64,000 nucleotides of DNA from Pseudonocardiales bacterium (GTDB lineage: Bacteria > Actinomycetota > Actinomycetes > Mycobacteriales > Jatrophihabitantaceae), in assembly GCA_003243915.1 (NCBI GenBank), contig QHCC01000009.1, positions 5,653 through 69,652 of the forward strand. The letters run 5' to 3'. Shown here in pieces: positions 26,802 through 35,859 of this stretch (position 1 is the stretch's first letter; every line of letters starts with the position of its first letter). A program made the position numbers and the translations under genes. Below the pieces are notes generated by a model. It worked only from the letters and a program-made list of their open reading frames with translations. It did no database searches and was not told the origin of the DNA.

Positions 26802-27485
26802 GTGGCCGAGGTCCATCTGTCCGCCGAGTTGCGCACCGAGTTCGGCAAGGGCGGCGCCCGCCGGACCCGCCGGGCCGGCAAGATACCGGCCGTCATCTAC
26901 GGCCACGGTGCCGATCCGCGCCACGTATCACTGCCCGATCGCGAGTTCGCCAATGCGATCCGTCACGGTGGCCACAATGTGTTGCTGACCCTCGAGATCG
27001 AGGGCGACGAGCAGCTCGTCATCCCCAAGGCCATCCAGCGCCACGCGATCAAGAACACCTACGAGCACGTCGACCTGGTAGCGGTGCGCCGCGGTGAGAA
27101 GGTCACCATCGACGTGCCGCTCTCGGTCGTCGGCGAGATCGTCGTCGAGGGTCTGCTCGCGCAGGAACGCACGTCGGTGAGCATCGAGGCCGAGGCAACC
27201 CACCTGCCGACGCAGATCGAGATCAGCATCGAGGGTGTGCAGATCGGCACCCAGATCACCGCGGCCGACCTCAAACTGCCGTCCGGCTCTGTGCTGGCCG
27301 GCGACCCCGAGCAGGTATTGCTCATTATCCAGGAGGCGCCGACCGCCGAGCAGATCGAGGCGGAGATGGCAGAAGCGGCCGAGGAGCTGGGCATCGTCGA
27401 GGACCAGCCGGACGAGCCTGGCGACGAGGCCGGCGGCGACGAATCCGGCGCGGACGCGTCCGACGGCGCCGAGAGCTCCGAGTGA
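26802..27485 (+). CDS. rplY: 50S ribosomal protein L25 / general stress protein Ctc
   Basis: GTG 26802 follows GGAG (26791). Sequence VAEVHLSAELRTEFGKGGARRTRRAGKIPAVIYGHG..., with an acidic C-terminal tail. Confidence 0.9.
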   Translation: MAEVHLSAELRTEFGKGGARRTRRAGKIPAVIYGHGADPRHVSLPDREFANAIRHGGHNVLLTLEIEGDEQLVIPKAIQRHAIKNTYEHVDLVAVRRGEKVTIDVPLSVVGEIVVEGLLAQERTSVSIEAEATHLPTQIEISIEGVQIGTQITAADLKLPSGSVLAGDPEQVLLIIQEAPTAEQIEAEMAEAAEELGIVEDQPDEPGDEAGGDESGADASDGAESSE

Positions 27486-27514
27486 TCGCGTCCTGCTGAC
27501 GGCCCGGGATCGCT

Positions 27515-28087
27515 GTGGGCGACGAGAGGCATCTGATCGTCGGCCTGGGCAACCCCGGGCCGAGCTATGCCGGCACCCGGCACAACGCAGGCTTCCTGGT
27601 CGCCGACCTGCTCGCTGAACGCATGGGCGCCAGGTTCAAAGCGCACAAGGGTCGCTGCGACGTCGTCGAAGGGCGGCTGGCCGGTGCGCCGGTGGTCCTG
27701 GCCAAGCCGAAGTCCTACATGAACACCGCGGGCGGTCCGGTCGCGTCGATCGCCCGCTTCTACAAGGTGCCGATGGCCCGGATCACGATCGTGCACGACG
27801 AGCTCGACCTGCCCTTCGGGGCGCTGCGGCTCAAGCGCGGCGGCGGCGACGGCGGGCACAATGGGCTGCGCTCGGCCACGTCGGCGCTCGGCAGCAACAA
27901 CTACACGCGGGTGCGCTTCGGCATCGGCCGGCCCCCCGGCAGGCAGGACCCGGCCGACTACGTGCTGCGCGTGTTCTCGCCGGCCCAACGCAAGGAGCTG
28001 GGGTTTCTGCTCGACCGAGCGGCCGACGCCGTCGAACTGCTGCTGGCGCAGGGCTTGGACGCAGCGCAGAACCAGTTCAACGACTGA
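27515..28087 (+). CDS. pth: Peptidyl-tRNA hydrolase
   Basis: 190 aa with [21 protein letters not shown] and GGHNGLRS. Confidence 0.92.
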   Translation: MGDERHLIVGLGNPGPSYAGTRHNAGFLVADLLAERMGARFKAHKGRCDVVEGRLAGAPVVLAKPKSYMNTAGGPVASIARFYKVPMARITIVHDELDLPFGALRLKRGGGDGGHNGLRSATSALGSNNYTRVRFGIGRPPGRQDPADYVLRVFSPAQRKELGFLLDRAADAVELLLAQGLDAAQNQFND

Positions 28088-28201
28088 CCCCGCCGCGCCG
28101 CCATGTCGTCATCGAAGGGCCGATTCCAGGGCCACGGCCGGCAAGATTAGTCGGTCTTCAAGACTTGCGGATACGTCGGGGCACACTGAGATACTTCGCT
28201 T

Positions 28202-29404
28202 ATGTCAGCTATGCGAGGCAAGGCACTCTCGTTGGCCGCGATGCTGTGCGCCGGCGTTGTCGTGGCGCTGGCCGGACAGCCGAACGCCGGGGCCGAGCCG
28301 AGGCGGCCAGCTGTCACGGTCGACGTGCAGACCTACAACCTCGATCTGGGCGCGGACCTGACACCGCTGTTCGGTGCTACCGACATCGCGTCGCTGCGAG
28401 CCGCTGCCACCGGGGTCTACGCCGACGTCCAGGCGAGCGAGCCCGAGCAGCGGATGCGGGCCGTCGCGCGGATCATCGCGCGGCAGCGGCCAGACGTAGT
28501 CGGCCTGCAGGAGGTTGCGCTGTGGTCACTCGCGCCGTACCAGCTGGTCGGCCCCTACCCCCTGGCCGTGGGGCCCTACGTGGCCAGTTACGACTTCCTC
28601 GCCCTGCTGCTGCGCGATCTCGCCGCGCACGGGCAGGAATACCAAGCCGTGTCGATCAACACCACCTTCGACAGTGCTACCGCGATCCCGGTGGCCGTCC
28701 CGATCTCGGACACGACCGCGGCCCGTTACACCCACCGCAACGTCATCATCGTGAGCAAGGCCCTGGCCAAGCACGCGACGGTGACGAACCCGCAGCAGGC
28801 GAATTACCAGGCCAAGTTCACGGTCACCCTGCTCGGGCAACAGGTGTCCGTCGGACGCGGCTGGGCCAGCATCGACATCACCAGGCGTGGCCGGACCTTC
28901 CGGTTCCTGGACACCCACCTCGAGGCGTACGGCCTGCCGCCGCTGAAGGACCAGATCCGCAACCCGCAGGCCGTGGAGCTGGCTGGCGTGGTAACCGCTT
29001 CATCGAACCCCGCGATCGTCGTCGGCGACTTCAACGCACGTCCGACGATGTGCGCTACGTGGCGACGCCCGCCCGACCCAGACGACGCGAACACGATCGC
29101 CTACGCGACGTTGCAAGGCGCCGGCTTGGCCGAGGTATGGCCGCTCGTCCATCCAGGCAACCCATGCTCGCCGGCGAGCTGGACCAGCGGGCAGACTTCT
29201 CTGCGGGGTCCGGTGAGCACGTTGAGCCACCGGATCGATGATGTGTTCCTCACCGCGGGATGGACCGCATTGCGAACCGACGTCGTCGGTGACATCGCGT
29301 CAGATCTTTCCCGGCCAGACGGACTGTGGCCCTCGGATCACGCGTCCACCGTGGCCCGGGTGCGGCTGGGCGATCGCCCTCAGCTCGCGAACAGCCCGGG
29401 CTGA
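28202..29404 (+). CDS. Secreted endonuclease/exonuclease/phosphatase (EEP) family protein
   Basis: N-terminal signal-like ALSLAAMLCAGVVVALAG, then VQTYNLDLG, PDVVGLQEV and PSDHASTVARV. Confidence 0.75.
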   Translation: MSAMRGKALSLAAMLCAGVVVALAGQPNAGAEPRRPAVTVDVQTYNLDLGADLTPLFGATDIASLRAAATGVYADVQASEPEQRMRAVARIIARQRPDVVGLQEVALWSLAPYQLVGPYPLAVGPYVASYDFLALLLRDLAAHGQEYQAVSINTTFDSATAIPVAVPISDTTAARYTHRNVIIVSKALAKHATVTNPQQANYQAKFTVTLLGQQVSVGRGWASIDITRRGRTFRFLDTHLEAYGLPPLKDQIRNPQAVELAGVVTASSNPAIVVGDFNARPTMCATWRRPPDPDDANTIAYATLQGAGLAEVWPLVHPGNPCSPASWTSGQTSLRGPVSTLSHRIDDVFLTAGWTALRTDVVGDIASDLSRPDGLWPSDHASTVARVRLGDRPQLANSPG

Positions 29405-29868
29405 CCGGACTCGTGTGCGAGCAGCCAGCGCTTGGCGTCCAGCCCACCGCCGTAGCCGGTGAGTGAGCCGTTCGCGCCGATGACGCGATGGCACGGCACG
29501 ATCACCGGGATCGGGTTGCGGCCGTTTGCCAAACCCACGGCGCGCGCGGCCGACGGCACGCCGATCGCGGCCGCGGTCTTGCCGTAGCTCGTGGTCTCGC
29601 CGTACGGGATGTCGAGTAGCGCCGCCCAGACCCGCTGCTGGAACGCCGTGCCGGACGGGTGCAGTGCCAGGTCGAACGCACGCCGGCGCCCCGCGAAGTA
29701 CTCCGCGAGCTGGGTGCGGACGTCGTCGAACGCGGCATCGTCGCGCAGCCAACCCGGCGCCACCGTCACCGGATGCCGGCCGGTCGGCAGGTACAGACCG
29801 GTCAGGCCGACGTTGTCGCGCAGCACGAGCAGGGCACCGAGCGGTGAGTCGAGGTGGGCGTATCGCAT
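29380..29868 (-). CDS. ogt: Methylated-DNA--protein-cysteine methyltransferase
   Basis: ATG 29868 follows GGAGA. 162 aa with the active site IPCHRV variant VPCHRVIGANGSLTGYGGG. ORF 29380..30189 is over-extended across the 57-bp repeats. Confidence 0.88.
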   Translation of the reverse strand: MRYAHLDSPLGALLVLRDNVGLTGLYLPTGRHPVTVAPGWLRDDAAFDDVRTQLAEYFAGRRRAFDLALHPSGTAFQQRVWAALLDIPYGETTSYGKTAAAIGVPSAARAVGLANGRNPIPVIVPCHRVIGANGSLTGYGGGLDAKRWLLAHESGQPGLFAS

Positions 29869-29892
29869 GCTGAGGTCTCCTTGGTCGCCGGG

Positions 29893-30055
29893 GCATATCG
29901 GTGCTTGGCCGCCCGCAGGTGGTGGGTGGCGTAGGACCGCCGGGTGGGATGGCATCGGTGCAGGGCCGCCCATCGGTGGTGGGTGGCGTAGGACCGCCGG
30001 GTGGGATGGCATCAGTGCAGGGCCGCCCATAGGTGGTGGGTGGCGTAGGACCGCC
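29893..30055. repeat. 57-bp tandem repeat (about 2.9 copies) built from the last 14 codons of ada-alkA plus 5 following codons
   Basis: Unit starts at 29918, 29975 and 30032, with a partial copy from about 29893. Units differ by 1-3 nt. The gene's TGA (30012-30014) corresponds to CGA in the neighbouring unit. Confidence 0.9.
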
Positions 30056-31466
30056 ACGGAGCCCAGTCGCCGCGTGTGTCGGCGAGCGTCACTCCCAGCG
30101 CGGACGCCGATCTGCTGACGCCGAGGTCGCGGGCAAGGAGCACGTCGGGGTCGGCGAGGGCGCGCATCCGCAGGTAGTCGGCGGTCCACGGCCCGATGCC
30201 GGCCAGGGCGAGCAGGGCGTCCCGTTCCCGGGCCCGGTCGGCACCCGGGTCCAGGCTCAGCGCACCGTCGGCGAGCGCGCGCGCCACGGCGTGCAGCGTC
30301 GCCGCCCTCGCCCGCGGCATCGGCAGCACCGCCGGATTGGTGCTCGCGAATTCACCGGCGGTGGGGAACAGCAGCCACGGCTCACCCTCGAAGGCGAGCG
30401 AGCCGTGGGCTGCGACGACACGGCCCAGCAGCGTGCGGGCCCCGGCCACCGAGATCTGTTGCCCGATGACCGCGCGCACCGCCATTTCGAAGCCGTCGAT
30501 CGCGCCCGGCGATCTCAGCCCGGGGCGCTTGACGACGAGCGGGGCCAACGCCGGGTCGCTGCCGAGCTGTGCGTCGACGGCTGTCGGGTCTGCGTCCAGG
30601 TCCAGCAGGCGCCGCACCCGGGCCACGACGGCCACCAGGTCACGCTGGTCGGTGAGGCGAACCCGGCACGCGACCGCGCCCTCGCCCGTCGAGCATGACA
30701 CGACTGCGGGGCCACCGGGCGCGCGCACCGCGCGCGTGTACACGCCGTCGAGGTAGGCCTCGACGCCGGGGATCGCCCGCGTGCCGAGGTAGTCGAGAGT
30801 GGCACCCAGGTCCATCGGCGCCCGGTATGCCAACCGCAGCTGGATCGTCCCCGCCTCCGGACGGGGGATGCGTCGACGTTTCGCGCGCAGGCCGGTCGGC
30901 GTGGTCGCGAAGACGTCCTGCATCGTCTCGTTGAACTGCCGCACGCTGGAGAACCCGGCGGCGAAGGCCACGTCGGTGCTCGGCAGCTCGGTGGTCTCGA
31001 GCAGCACGCGGGCAGTCTGCGCGCGCTGGGCCCGGGCCAATGCGATCGGGCCGGCGCCGACCTCGGCCAGCAGCGTTCGGTTGAGCTGCCGCTCGGAATA
31101 GCCGAGCCGCCGTGCCAGTCCAGGCACACCGTCGCGGTCGATCACGCCGTCGTTGATCAGTCGCAGCGCCCGCCCGGCCAGGTCGCCCCGGGCGTTCCAC
31201 TCCGGGGACCCCGGCGAGGCGTCCGGGCGGCACCGCTTGCAGGCGCGAAAGCCCGCCCGCTGTGCGGCGGCCGCGCTGGGGTGGAACTCGACGTTGCCGC
31301 GCTTGGGGGTGATCGCGGGGCAGGACGGCCGGCAGTAGATGCCGGTAGTGCGCACGGCGATGAAGAACCATCCGTCGAATCGGGGATCGCGGGCCTGGAC
31401 CGCGCGGTAACAGGTGTCCGGGTCGGGCAGGATCACCCGCCCAAGTCTGCCCCCACCCGCCGACAA
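30012..31466 (-). CDS. alkA: Ada (methylphosphotriester Cys-cluster + AraC HTH) fused to AlkA DNA-3-methyladenine glycosylase II
   Basis: 484 aa with FFIAVRTTGIYCRPSCP...RACKRCRPD, an AraC-type HTH, and a C-terminal HhH-GPD region (LLALAGIGPWTADY). TTG 31466 or GTG 31436 as start. Confidence 0.85.
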   Translation of the reverse strand: MSAGGGRLGRVILPDPDTCYRAVQARDPRFDGWFFIAVRTTGIYCRPSCPAITPKRGNVEFHPSAAAAQRAGFRACKRCRPDASPGSPEWNARGDLAGRALRLINDGVIDRDGVPGLARRLGYSERQLNRTLLAEVGAGPIALARAQRAQTARVLLETTELPSTDVAFAAGFSSVRQFNETMQDVFATTPTGLRAKRRRIPRPEAGTIQLRLAYRAPMDLGATLDYLGTRAIPGVEAYLDGVYTRAVRAPGGPAVVSCSTGEGAVACRVRLTDQRDLVAVVARVRRLLDLDADPTAVDAQLGSDPALAPLVVKRPGLRSPGAIDGFEMAVRAVIGQQISVAGARTLLGRVVAAHGSLAFEGEPWLLFPTAGEFASTNPAVLPMPRARAATLHAVARALADGALSLDPGADRARERDALLALAGIGPWTADYLRMRALADPDVLLARDLGVSRSASALGVTLADTRGDWAPWRSYATHHLWAALH

Positions 31467-31519
31467 CGGCTGGCGGTTTTCGGACAGTACCGTCCGCGGG
31501 CCGGTGACGCGGCCAGAGC

Positions 31520-32206
31520 TCAGCCGACGATGACGGAAGCGAGCAGTGTCTTACAACCCGCGGCGACCGCGGCGACGTGGGTGGCGACCTGACAGCTGAT
31601 CTGCACCAGATGCGCGCCACCGAAGAGGAACCACGTCGTGTAGTGGTATCCGCCCGGTTGCACCACGGCCTCGTCGAATGCGGGCCGTCCGCCGACGATG
31701 GTGTTCTCCAGGGAGCTCTTCAGGATGACCCTGAGTTTGCGGTTGTAGGCGAGCACGCGGGCGACCTGCTGCGCGCGGGTGTCGACTAGGTGCGTCCCTG
31801 GCAGGCGGTAGAGCAGGACGGTGATGACGTCGAGCCCCGACGCGGTGGCGGAGCTGGGCGTGAAGAACTTGGCCTGGTAGCTGGCCTCGAGCGGTACCGC
31901 TTCCTGGAAGTTGTTGTTGCGCACGAAACCGGCCGGAATCTTGTATCTGACGCTGGTGATGTCGTGGGCGACGGGCAGCGTCCCGGACGGTGCCGGGGAC
32001 GCAGTCGTGCTGGGCGCCGGCTCGGACGAAGGCGCCGTGGTACCCGCCGACGGGAAGTCTGTGCCTGCCGCCGTCCCCGCCGTGGCCCCCGAGGTCCGGA
32101 CCTGGCCACTGCCGCCAACCGTCGTCGCGCATGCGGCCACCGTGCCCACGGCCGCAAGCGCGGCGACCACCAGCCACTGGCTGCGCCGAATCGGTGCAAT
32201 CCGCAC
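31520..32206 (-). CDS. LpqT/LpqN-like lipoprotein
   Basis: GTG 32206 follows GGGGGGAGA. Signal plus lipobox ...LAAVGTVAAC, a Thr/Ser/Pro-rich linker, then a globular domain. ORF 31520..32779 is over-extended. Confidence 0.65.
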   Translation of the reverse strand: MRIAPIRRSQWLVVAALAAVGTVAACATTVGGSGQVRTSGATAGTAAGTDFPSAGTTAPSSEPAPSTTASPAPSGTLPVAHDITSVRYKIPAGFVRNNNFQEAVPLEASYQAKFFTPSSATASGLDVITVLLYRLPGTHLVDTRAQQVARVLAYNRKLRVILKSSLENTIVGGRPAFDEAVVQPGGYHYTTWFLFGGAHLVQISCQVATHVAAVAAGCKTLLASVIVG

Positions 32207-32283
32207 GATGTCTCCCCCCGGCCTCCTCCTGGCGTGGGGCGGCCGGAGGGGCTGGTCAAGGCCCCACACAGGGCCGGGACAGC

Positions 32284-35094
32284 CTATCCGGTGTTGCGCA
32301 GCCCGGCGGCCACGCCGTTGATCGTCAGCAGCAGGGCCCGGCGCAACTCGGCCGACGCGGTGGTGTCCGCGTCGCGCACCCGCCGCAGGAGGTCTACCTG
32401 CAGGTAGGAGATGGGGTCGAGATAGGCGTCGCGCACGCTGAACGTCCTCTGCAGCGACGGCGAGTTGTCGAGCAACCCGGCCTCGCCGGTGATCCGCAGG
32501 ACCTCGGCGACGGTGCGCGCATGCTCGGCACGCACGATGTCGAACAGGCGGTGGAGGCGGGCCGGCACCAGCGTGCTCACGTAGTGGGCCGCGATCTCGA
32601 GATCGGTCTTCGCGAGCGTCATCTCCACGTTGGATACGAACGTGCCGAAGAAGTGCCACTGGTCGTGCATCTCGGCCAGCGTGTCGTCCAGGCCGGCGGC
32701 TCGGGCCGCCGCCAGCCCCGAGCCGACGCCGAACCAGCCGGGCACGATCTGACGTGACTGCGTCCACCCGAACACCCACGGGATCGCGCGCAGCGAGTCG
32801 ACCCCCCCACCGGAGGCCGGCCGGCGCGACGGGCGCGAGCCGATGTTGAGCGAGCCGAGCTGCTCGACCGGCGTGGACGCCAGGAAGTAGTCGGCCAACT
32901 CCGGATCGTCGATCAACGCGCGGTAGGCGCGGAAGGCGGCGTCGCTGACCAGGTCCATGCAGGCGTCCCAGCCCTCGAGCTGGGCGCCCGACTGCCGCGG
33001 CGTGCGGTGCAGGGTTGACGCGCGCAACACGGCGGCGACGGTGAGTTCGAGGTTCTCGCGGGCGAGCTCGGGCAGGGCGTACTTGTCGCTGATGACTTCG
33101 CCCTGCTCCGTGAACTTGATCTCACCGTCGAGCACACCCCACGGCTGGGCGAGTATCGAGTCATAGGTCGGCCCGCCGCCGCGGCCCACCGTGCCGCCGC
33201 GACCGTGGAACAGGCGCAGCCGGACGCCATGCTTGGCGGCGACGTCGCGCAGCGTTCGCTGCGCTTTGTGGATCTCCCATTGCGACGTGGTGATGCCCGC
33301 CTGCTTGTTCGAGTCGGAGTAGCCGAGCATCACCTCCTGGACGTCTCCCCGCAGCGCCACGATGCGCCGGTAGGTCGGATCGCGGAGCAGGTCGTCGATC
33401 ACGTCACCGCTGCGGCGTAGCTCGTCAACGGTCTCGAGCAGCGGCACGAACCCGATGCGGGCCACCGGCTCGCGCCCACCCCCGGCGCCGGCGCCGTGGA
33501 TGTCGACCAACCCCGCTTCGCGAGCCAGCAGCACCGCGGCGAGAACGTCGTCGGCGCCACGCGTCATCGAGACGATGTAGCTCTCGATGACCTCGGGTCC
33601 GTAGGTGTCGAGGGCGTCGCGGATCGTGGTGAAGACGGCGAACGTGCGGGCCGCGGTCTCATCCAGGGGCGGTGGCGAGGAGGCCAGCGGGCGCCGCGAT
33701 GTCAGCTCTCGAGACAGCAGCTCCAGGCGGTGTTCGCGCGGGACGTCGTCGTAGAGCACGCTCTGCTCGACGAGCCGGTCGACGAGCTGGGCGATGACGT
33801 AGTGGTGGGCGTCGGCGTGCTCGCGGACGTCCATCGTGGCCAGATGCAGGCCGAAGACGGCGACCGTGCGCTGGACGCGGGCGAGCATCCCATCGGCGAT
33901 CAGCGTGCCGGAGTTCGCTCGCAGCGACTCGCCCAGCAGCGCGAGTTCGGCGAGCAGCTGCGCCTTGCCGAGGTAGTCGTGCCCGGGCAGGTGGGCCGTG
34001 CCATCGTCGACCCTGCGACGGGTGTTCGCGATCTTCGCGTTGAGACAGGTCAGCTTCAGGCGGTACGGCTCGGTGGCGTTGAGCGCAATCAGCCGCGGCT
34101 CGATCTCGAGCACGGCGAGATCGGCCTCGATGGAGGCGGCCAGCTCGGCCGAGGCGTCCACGACCGTCGTGGACGACGACAGCTCGGCAATGAGCGCGTC
34201 GATGGCGCGTGTGATCGCCCGGGCCGCCGCGTGATGTTGCATGCGCAGCACGTCTCGGGTGACCTCCGCCGTCACATTCGGGTTGCCGTCGCGATCGCCG
34301 CCGATCCAGGTGCCGAACGTCAGCGGCGAGGCGTCGTGCCCGAGACTGGCGCCGTGCCGCTCCAATTCGGCGGCGAGGTCGCTGGCGAGCTCGGGGATCG
34401 TCTCGTCGGCGAGGTCCTGCAGGTAGTAGACGACGTTGCGGGCCTCGTCGAGCGGGCTGGGGCGTTGCTGGCGCAGCTCGTCGGTCTGCCAGATCAGGTC
34501 GACGATCTCGGCCAGGTCGCGGTCCTGGCGGACCCGGACGACAGTGTCGGGCGCACTCGGCACTGCCAGGATGTCGGCGATGCGTCTCAGCTTGGTCAGC
34601 ACCGACCGGCGGCTGGCCTCGGTGGGATGGGCCGTGAAGACCGGCCGGACGGCGAGGGTCACCAGCGCGTCGGTGAGGGCGGCAGGGGCACCGGCGCGGC
34701 TGTGCTCGCCGGCATTGCGGCCCGCCGTGGCCACCGCGGCGACGGTCTGTGCGAGCCATCCTTGATCAGCGGCGCGGTGGCGAAGGCTGCGGACCCGGTG
34801 CACCTGCTCGGCGACGTTGGCCAGGTGGAAGTAGTCGGCGAACGCGCGCACGAGCACCGACGCGATGTCGATCGGGATTTCGGCCAGCAGGGCGCGGACC
34901 TCGTCGCGCGCCTCCTGGCCGTCGGGCTCCTTGCTCCGCTTGGTGAGCGTCCGTACCCGTTCGACGAGGTCGAGCGCCTGCTGGCCCTTCTGACGCACCA
35001 GCGACTCGCCAAGCAGGACGCCGACGCGGCGCACGTCGGCACGCAGTTCCAGATCGTCGGGGCGGTCGGCCACCAGGGCAGTCTTTCGCATCAT
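32284..35094 (-). CDS. ppc: Phosphoenolpyruvate carboxylase
   Basis: 936 aa from ATG 35094 with [32 protein letters not shown] and the C-terminal ...[12 protein letters not shown]. Confidence 0.93.
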   Translation of the reverse strand: MMRKTALVADRPDDLELRADVRRVGVLLGESLVRQKGQQALDLVERVRTLTKRSKEPDGQEARDEVRALLAEIPIDIASVLVRAFADYFHLANVAEQVHRVRSLRHRAADQGWLAQTVAAVATAGRNAGEHSRAGAPAALTDALVTLAVRPVFTAHPTEASRRSVLTKLRRIADILAVPSAPDTVVRVRQDRDLAEIVDLIWQTDELRQQRPSPLDEARNVVYYLQDLADETIPELASDLAAELERHGASLGHDASPLTFGTWIGGDRDGNPNVTAEVTRDVLRMQHHAAARAITRAIDALIAELSSSTTVVDASAELAASIEADLAVLEIEPRLIALNATEPYRLKLTCLNAKIANTRRRVDDGTAHLPGHDYLGKAQLLAELALLGESLRANSGTLIADGMLARVQRTVAVFGLHLATMDVREHADAHHYVIAQLVDRLVEQSVLYDDVPREHRLELLSRELTSRRPLASSPPPLDETAARTFAVFTTIRDALDTYGPEVIESYIVSMTRGADDVLAAVLLAREAGLVDIHGAGAGGGREPVARIGFVPLLETVDELRRSGDVIDDLLRDPTYRRIVALRGDVQEVMLGYSDSNKQAGITTSQWEIHKAQRTLRDVAAKHGVRLRLFHGRGGTVGRGGGPTYDSILAQPWGVLDGEIKFTEQGEVISDKYALPELARENLELTVAAVLRASTLHRTPRQSGAQLEGWDACMDLVSDAAFRAYRALIDDPELADYFLASTPVEQLGSLNIGSRPSRRPASGGGVDSLRAIPWVFGWTQSRQIVPGWFGVGSGLAAARAAGLDDTLAEMHDQWHFFGTFVSNVEMTLAKTDLEIAAHYVSTLVPARLHRLFDIVRAEHARTVAEVLRITGEAGLLDNSPSLQRTFSVRDAYLDPISYLQVDLLRRVRDADTTASAELRRALLLTINGVAAGLRNTG

Positions 35095-35284
35095 TCGAGC
35101 GAGGCGCTGGCAGGGTTGCCATTCGTCGAGGGGCGCGATCTCGCCGTCTCCGATGGACCACGGCACCCCGGCGCAGCTGGGCGCCCGCGCGGCGACGCGA
35201 AACGACCGGCACGGCCATAGCGTGCGTCAGCTCGCCGAACGCGGCGGTGCGAGATGGGAGACCTTCTGAAAGTTACATAGAAAC

Positions 35285-35320
35285 GCCCAAGCGGTCGATC
35301 GGGGGAACGACCGCCTGGGC
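35285..35320. other. 12/13-bp hairpin in the region upstream of ppc
   Basis: GCCCAAGCGGTCG / CGACCGCCTGGGC with loop ATCGGGGGAA. On the minus strand it is followed by GTTTCTATG. Confidence 0.35.
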
Positions 35321-35540
35321 AATTTCAGTGTATACGCAACCACCTGTAGGACACAATCGGAGACTGGATCTTGTGTCCGATAAAAGGTAGGCGTGAGCAT
35401 CGGGTGTCCTAAACTTGACAGCTGATCGCATCGTTTGGAAAACTCGATTCACCTCAGGCAGGTGGGTGGATCAGCAGCGATCCCCGTGCCAGTATGTCGG
35501 CCGGGCTCGGGGGTCTCGACCGACAACGTCCAGTGGTGAC

Positions 35541-35590
35541 GCGGTCTCGTTCTGCCGGTCCGGCGAAGCGGGGCCGCGTTCCATTTTTTT
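35541..35590 (+). terminator. GC-rich imperfect stem followed by T7 (terminator-like) about 270 nt upstream of the glycopolymer operon
   Basis: GCGGTC (35541-35546) pairs with GGCCGC (35572-35577) around further GC pairing, followed by T7 at 35584-35590. T-runs of this length are rare in this DNA. Confidence 0.3.
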
Positions 35591-35691
35591 CTGTACCCGG
35601 CAATGGCATTGTTACCGCCGCACCGGCGCATAGTCTGCGGATCGGGCGACCCATCACCGAGCTGGCACACCGTGTCAAGTTCGCGTGGGTG

Positions 35692-35770
35692 TAGGTCGAT
35701 GTTTGAGTCAGATCAATTCGGGTGTTTCCCCACTAAACGCTGCCCCTTCGGGCTAGGTTGGATGTTTGAG
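35692..35770 (+). promoter_or_regulatory. Two direct copies of TAGGT-n-GATGTTTGAG
   Basis: TAGGTCGATGTTTGAG at 35692-35707 and TAGGTTGGATGTTTGAG at 35754-35770. They lie 90-170 nt upstream of the first glycopolymer gene. Confidence 0.35.
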
Positions 35771-35859
35771 CTTTGTTCTTGGCGGAAGGCAGGCTATACA
35801 TAGCGAGTCATTCGTTGGATCGGGGGACCACGACGTGACGCCGAACCCCCGCTACGACG

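Noticed and set aside
29380-29404. 25-nt convergent overlap of the EEP gene and ogt 3' ends
   Set aside because: Short convergent overlaps are common in compact high-GC genomes, and I see nothing to suggest a functional antisense interaction.
29380-30189. 269-aa form of ogt with a repeated HPPPMGGPA N-terminus
   Set aside because: The extension is just another frame of the 57-bp repeats and overlaps the ada-alkA 3' end. ATG 29868 with a GGAGA RBS gives a standard 162-aa Ogt.
31520-32779. 419-aa form of the lipoprotein gene, and the 571-aa form of the acyltransferase gene (47436..49151)
   Set aside because: The upstream parts overlap ppc and the dehydrogenase gene respectively. Internal GTG starts (32206 with a strong RBS; 48560 with a GTGA overlap) give proteins beginning with proper signal or TM sequences.
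33496-35220. 574-aa plus-strand ORF inside ppc
   Set aside because: It is antisense to a complete PEP carboxylase with its canonical C-terminus, so it is a shadow ORF.
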